Assembly (NCBI GenBank): GCA_035370665.1
Contig: DAOOVZ010000001.1
Coordinates: 1-62,589, forward strand
Origin: Candidatus Hydrogenedens sp.
Lineage (GTDB): Bacteria; Hydrogenedentota; Hydrogenedentia; Hydrogenedentales; Hydrogenedentaceae
Direction: 5' to 3'
Length of the DNA: 62,589 bases
Below the pieces are notes generated by a model that was not told where the DNA came from, made no database searches, and saw nothing but the letters and a program-made list of their open reading frames with translations. The position numbers and the translations under genes are program-made. Below are positions 55,831 to 62,589 of this stretch, piece after piece; position 1 is the stretch's first letter, and each line of letters starts with the position of its first letter.

Positions 55831-56955
55831 ATGATTGTAAAACAAATAGACAGATACATTTTACGACAGGTAATTCCACCGATGTTCATTGCGTTTTCGG
55901 CGGTAGCAGTGCTTATGATTAGTGGAATTCTCCAACAGCAGGTCAAGGAATTATTAGATGAATTTCCTATCGCTCCACTCAGAATAACTGATTTCTTGTG
56001 GATGTCTCTCTATGCACTTCCCATGATGGTAGGCATGATTGTCCCAGTAACCTTTCTATTCGGTTTGATGTTGATGTATGAGCGAATGAACCGTTATCGT
56101 GAAATTATAGCGATGAACGCGGGTGGTATTTCTCTAAGGAGAATAGCCATGCCTACAGTAATTTTATCTTTTGTGTTGAGCATACTTTGCTTTGCGGTCC
56201 AAGATGTAGCCCAGCCCTGGGCATTTCACCAACTTATAAAATTAGCACGGATAGACCTGCCTCTTCGCATATCGTTAGATTTAATACCAACAGGAAAGAT
56301 GTATGAATATGGTAAATTGCGTATATATATCCGCCAACGCGGTGCAAATGGCGAGTTACAGGATATTGTCCTACTTCAGCCGGGAGATGAAGGAAAGATG
56401 GTTGCCTTTTATGCAGAAAAGGCACAATGGAAAAAAGGTGATAAAGAAAATGTGTTAGAAATGTTGAATGGCTTCTGGATAGAATCTCAGGAATGGGACA
56501 ATCAAGTTATTCGTGGCAGTTTCCAACGCCTTGAAAAGGTGATACCACCCTTACAACCGTTAGAAACGATTAAACTCCGCACAGGCATGTCCCTTGGTGA
56601 ATTGTTAGAGGAACATCAAAAAATTTCACAAGAATATGAAAGAACCCAAGGTTTGCCTCTACTATCGGATTTAAAAAAATATCGTAGTGAAATTGCCGAA
56701 AGACTATCTTTTCCGCTAATGTGTTTAGCAATTGGACTTATTGCATCACCGATAGGAGTTCGTTTGCGTGGTGCTGGAACGGCTTATGTGTTTTCACTCG
56801 GATTTTTAATTATTGGTGTTTACTTCCTTCTATACAAATCCGTAGGTGGGGGTGGACTGATGCCTTTACCGCTGAAATGTATCGTCCAGCAAGTTCCCAA
56901 TCTACTTGTAGGAGGTATGGGGCTGTTCTTACTGATAAAGGCAGTCCGATTATGA
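55831..56955 (+). CDS. lptF: LPS export permease LptF (YjgP/YjgQ family)
   Basis: The N-terminal IDRYILRQV pattern and a 6-TM topology with a large periplasmic insert. It is paired with the next gene. Confidence 0.8.
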   Translation: MIVKQIDRYILRQVIPPMFIAFSAVAVLMISGILQQQVKELLDEFPIAPLRITDFLWMSLYALPMMVGMIVPVTFLFGLMLMYERMNRYREIIAMNAGGISLRRIAMPTVILSFVLSILCFAVQDVAQPWAFHQLIKLARIDLPLRISLDLIPTGKMYEYGKLRIYIRQRGANGELQDIVLLQPGDEGKMVAFYAEKAQWKKGDKENVLEMLNGFWIESQEWDNQVIRGSFQRLEKVIPPLQPLETIKLRTGMSLGELLEEHQKISQEYERTQGLPLLSDLKKYRSEIAERLSFPLMCLAIGLIASPIGVRLRGAGTAYVFSLGFLIIGVYFLLYKSVGGGGLMPLPLKCIVQQVPNLLVGGMGLFLLIKAVRL

Positions 56956-58040
56956 AAACAATAGACAAATACTACCTATCCTCCTGGTTAAAGACCTTCT
57001 TGCGTGTGCTTATTGCCCTTGCCTCCTTATATATCATTGTGGACTTATTTTCAACACGACAAGAATCTGTTCGCAAATATGATGTGCCTCTGTTTGTCAT
57101 AGCCCAGTATTACCTCTTTTCGTTGCCAAAGATTTTTTTTCAATATCATTTTTTATCTGCAAGTGTAATGCTCACTACCTTTTTAGTCTGGGGTCGAAGT
57201 GCTCAGGAAGGAGAGATTTCAGCACTACTTTCTGGTGGGATTCGTTTCCTTCGTATCTCTTTGAGTGTTCTTACCGCAGGTATTCTTATTGCGATAGGTA
57301 GTTTTTTCATAGAGGATACTGCTGGGGTCTGGTGTGCAGAGCAGTTCCAAAACCTTGAAAAAATGTATTTCTCATACCATATAGGCGACACAAAATCAGG
57401 TGTCAGTTGGACGAACCTGAGTGGTGGCTGGACTTGCCATATTTTACGATTCAACCGCGAGGCAATGACAGGCAGAGATGTAGTAATTCACCGCATACAG
57501 GAAGACCGCATAGATGAGATTCGTGCAAAATATATATGGTGGGATGAAACACAAAAAAAGTGGTTTATTGAAGAAGGACGACATTTCATCCTGTTCCCCA
57601 AAAAGGAAATGGAACAAGAGGTTGTGCGTATTACACAAATTCCTGCCCCCTTTAATGAGACGCCGAAGACTCTGTTTGCTCTTGATTTACCCCAAGAACT
57701 TAAGACATGGCGACAGTTCCACGAGGAGTTGCAACAAGCCCGTCAGTTTGGTATTCCCACCTATAAATATGAGGTAGATTGGAATGCACGAATAGCACGA
57801 CCCACCAGTGCCTTTATCATGCTATTGCTTGCCTTGCCACTGTCGGTATTGTGGAAAAAAGGTGGATTTATATTAAGTTTTGGAATTACTGCTATATCGG
57901 CTTTATGTTATATGCTCTGCTTCGTATTGTTTACAGGATTAGGCTACCTTGAAATATTGCCACCATTCATTAGTGCCTGGTCTGCTAATATATTATTCCT
58001 CTTCATTTCACTACTCATCTGGAAAAATTGCCCAACCTAG
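56952..58040 (+). CDS. lptG: LPS export permease LptG (YjgP/YjgQ family)
   Basis: MKTIDKYYLSSWLKTFL at the ATG at 56952, which gives an ATGA overlap with lptF. The track's earlier start at 56721 lies inside lptF. Confidence 0.8.
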   Translation: MKTIDKYYLSSWLKTFLRVLIALASLYIIVDLFSTRQESVRKYDVPLFVIAQYYLFSLPKIFFQYHFLSASVMLTTFLVWGRSAQEGEISALLSGGIRFLRISLSVLTAGILIAIGSFFIEDTAGVWCAEQFQNLEKMYFSYHIGDTKSGVSWTNLSGGWTCHILRFNREAMTGRDVVIHRIQEDRIDEIRAKYIWWDETQKKWFIEEGRHFILFPKKEMEQEVVRITQIPAPFNETPKTLFALDLPQELKTWRQFHEELQQARQFGIPTYKYEVDWNARIARPTSAFIMLLLALPLSVLWKKGGFILSFGITAISALCYMLCFVLFTGLGYLEILPPFISAWSANILFLFISLLIWKNCPT

Positions 58041-58128
58041 AAACCAAACTACAAAAAACAAAGTGAAAATTATATATCAATTGTTCATTGTTTATTCTTA
58101 TGCTTTTCCAGACTTGTAAGGTGCTTTA

Positions 58129-59028
58129 TTATAAAATGATGTTCTGAGTTTTAATCTGGATTTGTGAAATTGCAGACAGGGCTCGATTTTTGGCTATAAA
58201 ACTATCAGGTCCAACGGCTATCACATAACCTACTTTATTGCGGGAAGGAATATCTACAATATGATTAAGTTTATCATCTATTTTTATTTCTATATTTACC
58301 TGTTTTATACCTTCCAGTGCTTGAACCTTTTCTATGCCGTGAATGTCTTGCACAATTCCGCTATTAGGGATTATCCATGCAGCAGCACAGCCCAATTCAT
58401 GTGTGGGTGCAGCCGTAGGAATACCTTGTTTCTCAACCGTATCGCTTATTTCTTGAAGGTCCATACCACTTGCTAACTTGCAGACCTGTGTCATTACCTC
58501 ATCTGGCTGTGAAAATGTATGTATAAAAGAGAGGTGTATTTTCTGCGTATCTACAACAAATTCTAATAACACTCCATAATATCCCGTGGGTAAATTTGGA
58601 GCAATTGTTTTGGCTTTCTCAACTATCTTTTTCAATTCCAGCCCTGAACAGTCCGTAGGCAACCATATCAATCTGGGTATACGATAGTTTCCTGAGGTAA
58701 ACTCAACATCAAAAATCTCCACGGGAAGGAAATGGTATGCCATTCGAAAACCGATTAAGTAATAAGTCTTACCTTTTGCACCCTGTTGAAATAAAATAGG
58801 TTTCCCTTCCTTGATTCTTTTTTGTGTCATGAGATGGACAAGATGATAATCATTGCTATCCGCAATTGCACCACAAAACTGATTGTCCAATGTCCTTATC
58901 CATATCGGAGTTGAGAAATCAGATGTTTCAGGTATATTTTGAAAGGTCGGGTCTATAACTTTTGTCGGAAGGTCCATTAAGGTCGTTATCAATTCTGCTG
59001 GTATATCAATACTCTTTTCTTGAGACAT
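58129..59028 (-). CDS. Hypothetical protein (C-terminal part faintly ATP-grasp-like)
   Basis: A long ORF in a coding-dense region. The only resemblance is weak (GIVQDIHGIE...GYVIAVG). Confidence 0.4.
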   Translation of the reverse strand: MSQEKSIDIPAELITTLMDLPTKVIDPTFQNIPETSDFSTPIWIRTLDNQFCGAIADSNDYHLVHLMTQKRIKEGKPILFQQGAKGKTYYLIGFRMAYHFLPVEIFDVEFTSGNYRIPRLIWLPTDCSGLELKKIVEKAKTIAPNLPTGYYGVLLEFVVDTQKIHLSFIHTFSQPDEVMTQVCKLASGMDLQEISDTVEKQGIPTAAPTHELGCAAAWIIPNSGIVQDIHGIEKVQALEGIKQVNIEIKIDDKLNHIVDIPSRNKVGYVIAVGPDSFIAKNRALSAISQIQIKTQNIIL

Positions 59029-59151
59029 AACTACTCCCTATCTATATTAAAGTTCTCTTTCGTGATTTGCTATCGAAATAAACAAATTGGCATATAAACA
59101 CCTTAATTATATATCATTTACCATGAATCAAATAAAGAAATATTATCGAGG

Positions 59152-60822
59152 ATGACGAACCGCTTTATTATTATATATATCTTATTTGGGACGGCTATTT
59201 TTTCAGGCTGTTTTTCATCTATGGAAAAGGCTATTCCATCAGACCTGTCTACTAAAGGTCTGACAGAATTTGGCATGAATGAGTCGCCATGTCAGGGAGA
59301 TTGGCTCATCACGAGATTATCAGCAGAGATGCCTCATCTAAATCCGATAACTAGCACAGATGCTTACTCCACCTTGGTAGTTTCATGGATATTTGATGGA
59401 CTTCTGGACCGCGACCAACAAACATTGGAACTGAAACCTCGTGTCGCATATCGCTGGGAAGTGTCAGATGACCATTTAAGTTATACCTTCTATCTCCGTA
59501 AGGATGTTTGTTTTTCAGACGGTCATCCTTTAACTGCTAGTGATGTCAAATTTACATTTGATAAATTGATGGACCCCACAACAGATGCACCGCACTTAAA
59601 AAATTATTATATGGATGTTGAATCCTGTGAGATTATTGACGATTACACAGTTCGTTATCACTGTAAAAAACCTTATTACCAGCATTCAGTTATGCTGGGA
59701 TTGCTGGAAATACTTCCAGAGCATATCTACGGTCAGGGCGATTTTAATAATCACCCAAATAATCGCAAACCAATAGGCTCAGGTCCATACATATTGTCTG
59801 AATGGCAAACAGGACTGCAAGTTGTGCTGAAGCGTAATCCAAATTATTGGCGTAAAAATGAAGGACTGCCATACTTTGACCACATTGTTTACCAAATCAT
59901 TCTCGATGACAACGCTGCGTTCTTAAAATTGCGTCGTGGCGATTTGGATTACATGGAGATTCGTTCTGAAGATTGGGCTCGGCGTGGTCAGGCAGAAACC
60001 TTTCAAAACCAATTTAACATTTTTATCTATCCACGACCTGCGTATAATTATATCGGCTGGAATATGCGTAATCCTGTGCTGAAAGAGAAAACAGTTCGCC
60101 ATGCCCTTACCCTATTACTTAATCGAGAGCAAGTGATTAAACGATTATATTATGGAATGGCAGAACCGATAGATTCACCATTCATGCCCGGGACCCTTGA
60201 ATATCATTCAGAATTGAAACATTGGACATATAACCCTGAGCAGGCAAAGCAGTTATTGGACGAAGCAGGTTGGATAGACCACAATAGCGATGGAATTCGT
60301 GATAAAGATGGGAAAGACCTCGCCTTTGAAATTATGACGACCAACAGCAATCCCATTGCAGAGAAAATATTAACGGTGTATCAAGAAGATTTGAAGCGTG
60401 CAGGGATTAATATGCAGATACGGCAGATGGAGTGGGCGTCGTTATTGGAACGGGTAGATAGTCGAAACTTTGATGCCGTGTTGATGGGCTGGCAAATGCC
60501 ACCGGACCCAGACCCCTATCAGGTATGGCACTCCAGTCAGGCAGAAAAAGGCTCTAATTTTGTTGGATTTATTAATGCAGAAGCAGACCGTCTTATTGAA
60601 CAGGCTCGGGTGTCTTTTGACCATCAGGAACGAATTCAGTTATACCGTCGTTTTCAGGAGATAGTCAATGAGGAACAACCATATACCTTTTTAATGGCAC
60701 CCAAGGCAATTGTTGCAGTTGATAAACGGGTTCATGGAATTCGTGTTTATCCCTTTGGTATGTATGAGCGTGAATGGTTTGTGCCAAAAGATTTGCAACG
60801 ATATGCTTACAGAAAGGAGTAG
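59152..60822 (+). CDS. ABC transporter substrate-binding protein, family 5 (Opp/Dpp type)
   Basis: Lipoprotein-like leader (IFSGC). The typical SBP_bac_5 layout includes GSGPY.L.EW, NPNYW and the late W.PDPDP block. Confidence 0.9.
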   Translation: MTNRFIIIYILFGTAIFSGCFSSMEKAIPSDLSTKGLTEFGMNESPCQGDWLITRLSAEMPHLNPITSTDAYSTLVVSWIFDGLLDRDQQTLELKPRVAYRWEVSDDHLSYTFYLRKDVCFSDGHPLTASDVKFTFDKLMDPTTDAPHLKNYYMDVESCEIIDDYTVRYHCKKPYYQHSVMLGLLEILPEHIYGQGDFNNHPNNRKPIGSGPYILSEWQTGLQVVLKRNPNYWRKNEGLPYFDHIVYQIILDDNAAFLKLRRGDLDYMEIRSEDWARRGQAETFQNQFNIFIYPRPAYNYIGWNMRNPVLKEKTVRHALTLLLNREQVIKRLYYGMAEPIDSPFMPGTLEYHSELKHWTYNPEQAKQLLDEAGWIDHNSDGIRDKDGKDLAFEIMTTNSNPIAEKILTVYQEDLKRAGINMQIRQMEWASLLERVDSRNFDAVLMGWQMPPDPDPYQVWHSSQAEKGSNFVGFINAEADRLIEQARVSFDHQERIQLYRRFQEIVNEEQPYTFLMAPKAIVAVDKRVHGIRVYPFGMYEREWFVPKDLQRYAYRKE

Positions 60823-60831
60823 TAGAAATCC

Positions 60832-61827
60832 ATGTATCCGTATATACTAAAAAGACTCCTTTTGATTATCCCAACCTTCATTGGAATCAGTCTAATAAGT
60901 TTTGCACTCATCCAATTAGCACCCGGTAGTCCTGTCGCATTCAAATTACGCGGTGAAGGCGGTGCTATGCGTTCCAATATTGAGACAGAGAAAATTGTTG
61001 AACAAACAAAAGCCCTTTACGGGTTGGACAAACCTATTATTGTGCAATACGGATTATGGTTAGGTCGCATGATTCGGTTCGATTTTGGCAAGAGTTATAA
61101 AGACCAGCGACCCGTAATGGCAAAAATAGCAGAAACCCTTCCCATTACGCTTCAATTTACTATATTGGAAACTTTGCTCATTTATCTTATCGCTATTCCT
61201 CTGGGCACTTATTCCGCAACTCATCAACGCTCAATATCCGACCAGATTATAACCATCATTTTATTCCTGTTATATAGTTTGCCAAGTTTCTGGGTAGCCA
61301 TGTTATTAATCCTCTTCTTTGGCGGTGGCGATTGGTGGAATTTATTTCCTGTGAACGGTATTAATAGCATTGACGCTCAAAACTATTCACTTGGCGGCTG
61401 GCTACTTGACCGTTTATGGCACATGACACTGCCGCTATTTTGTATGACTTACGCTGGACTTGCAGGCTTATCACGATACATGCGGACGGGTATGCTGGAT
61501 GTGATACGGCAGGATTACATACGCACCGCAAGGGCTTATGGCTTTTCTGAAAAGATTGTCATTTTCAAATATGCCATGCGAAACTCATTGATACCTATCA
61601 TTACCCTGTTCGCAGGACTTTTACCAGGGCTTATCGGTGGCAGTGTAATTATTGAAACAATCTTCTCCATTCCCGGCATGGGGCGATTGGGTTTTGAGGC
61701 TGTGCTATCACGGGATTATCCTCTTATTATGGGCGTATTCACAATCTCGACTTTCCTTACCCTGATAGGACTTGTTCTGACAGATGTTCTATATGCAATT
61801 GTTGACCCACGAATACGATTGGAGTAG
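60832..61827 (+). CDS. ABC transporter permease (OppB/DppB-like)
   Basis: YILKRLLLIIPTFIGISLISF at the N-terminus and an EAA-loop region (IRTARAYGFSEK). Confidence 0.9.
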   Translation: MYPYILKRLLLIIPTFIGISLISFALIQLAPGSPVAFKLRGEGGAMRSNIETEKIVEQTKALYGLDKPIIVQYGLWLGRMIRFDFGKSYKDQRPVMAKIAETLPITLQFTILETLLIYLIAIPLGTYSATHQRSISDQIITIILFLLYSLPSFWVAMLLILFFGGGDWWNLFPVNGINSIDAQNYSLGGWLLDRLWHMTLPLFCMTYAGLAGLSRYMRTGMLDVIRQDYIRTARAYGFSEKIVIFKYAMRNSLIPIITLFAGLLPGLIGGSVIIETIFSIPGMGRLGFEAVLSRDYPLIMGVFTISTFLTLIGLVLTDVLYAIVDPRIRLE

Positions 61828-61835
61828 AGATTACA

Positions 61836-62589
61836 GTGTTTAGAAGAAAGAATACATATAGTTATTGGCATACAGTCTGGCGAGAGTTCTGTAAGCACCG
61901 TGTATCAATGCTTGCATTAGGAATAATTATTTTATTAGGGCTTATTGCCATCATGTCGCCCTTCCTTGCAAATGATATTCCTATACTACTATATAAAGGT
62001 GGAAAATTATATCTGTTCCCCAATGTAATTACATATTCCAATTTGCAGGCTGAAAATCTGTATGCAAATTTTGACCGATGGATTCCTACTTCTGGTGAAT
62101 GGTTTATTAAACCGATTATTCCCTATGGACCCTTACGCCAGAATTTAGACCATGCCTTACAGCCACCAAACCCAGAACATTGGGCAGGCACAGATGACCG
62201 AGGCAGGGATGTGTTAAGCCGAATGATTTGGGGTTCAAGACTATCGTTAAGTGTTGGCTTCGTTGCGGTAGGTATTGCTGTGCTAATCGGCGTTATATTG
62301 GGTTCACTTGCAGGCTATTTTGGCAATTGGGTAGATTCAATTGTCTTGCGATTCATAGAACTGATGCTGGTCATACCCAGTTTCTTCCTCATTATTACCG
62401 TGATGGCTTTTCTACCACCGAGTATATGGACTATCATGATTGTAATAGGCCTTACCTCCTGGCCCGGAGTAGCACGATTGGTTCGTGGCGAATTTATGAA
62501 ACAAAGGCAAATGGAATATGTGTTGGCGGCACATGCCTTAGGTCTAAGCGACAATCGGACAATGTTCCGACACATTCTACCAAACGCAA
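61836..62589 (+). CDS. ABC transporter permease (OppC/DppC-like), 3' end outside the window
   Basis: My translation from the GTG at 61836 reads VFRRKNTYSYWHTVWREFCKHRVSMLALGIII... HWAGTDDRGRDVLSRMIWGSR ... AAHALGLSDNRTMFRHILPNA. The frame is open to the window end. This ORF is not in the supplied track. Confidence 0.85.
   Translation, partial: MFRRKNTYSYWHTVWREFCKHRVSMLALGIIILLGLIAIMSPFLANDIPILLYKGGKLYLFPNVITYSNLQAENLYANFDRWIPTSGEWFIKPIIPYGPLRQNLDHALQPPNPEHWAGTDDRGRDVLSRMIWGSRLSLSVGFVAVGIAVLIGVILGSLAGYFGNWVDSIVLRFIELMLVIPSFFLIITVMAFLPPSIWTIMIVIGLTSWPGVARLVRGEFMKQRQMEYVLAAHALGLSDNRTMFRHILPNA

Noticed and set aside
56721-56951. Upstream extension of the lptG ORF (439-aa version)
   Set aside because: The extension is the +1 frame of the lptF 3' end. 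The YjgP/YjgQ-type N-terminus MKTIDKYYL begins at 56952 with an ATGA overlap.
58129-59028. Calling the 299-aa protein an ATP-grasp enzyme
   Set aside because: Only a faint C-terminal resemblance exists. The glycine-rich ATP-binding loop and the catalytic acidic residues are not identifiable. I left it as hypothetical.
1-62589. Scan for tRNA, rRNA, CRISPR arrays, integrases, transposases and prophage genes
   Set aside because: I saw no T-loop/acceptor-type sequences (GGTTCGAATCC-like strings occur only inside CDSs), no regularly spaced 25-40-bp repeats, and no recombinase-like ORFs. The accessory blocks therefore cannot be called intact mobile elements.

Overview
This is a 62.6-kb low-GC window from a diderm bacterium. 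The evidence for a diderm is the LptF/LptG pair, a GT9 heptosyltransferase, an HtrA protease, a type II secretion-like pseudopilin/secretin operon, and a DUF1559 'H-X9-DG' prepilin protein of the kind common in PVC-type and candidate-phylum genomes. The taxon cannot be fixed from sequence alone.

The backbone is ordinary housekeeping: rhaA, glpT/glpQ-like genes, an aldo-keto reductase, an acyl-CoA dehydrogenase, thiS/thiE, dapF, ddl, rlmN, rpmB, comM, lptFG and an Opp/Dpp-type ABC transporter. There is also an EPS/c-di-GMP patch (PilZ, Wzz-like, Wzx-like, transglutaminase-like).

Several visibly AT-richer accessory insertions are interspersed:
- 5.5-11.2 kb: a TPR + nitrilase-superfamily (CN-hydrolase) fusion protein, then a 3'-truncated trmO fragment, then an M-HNH-small acidic ORF-M restriction-modification operon.
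- 25.1-26.6 kb: a second R-M pair.
- 42.8-44.5 kb: an orphan DNA methyltransferase cassette bracketed by 48-bp direct repeats that duplicate the 3' end of the neighbouring gene.
- 34.5-38.0 kb: a frameshifted ORC/STAND-like ATPase next to a large alpha/beta-hydrolase fusion.

The best candidate for an undescribed system is the TPR-CN-hydrolase protein embedded in the defence-type island.

I recognised no rRNA, tRNA, CRISPR array, integrase or transposase. All functional calls come from reading motifs in the supplied translations. No database search was run.
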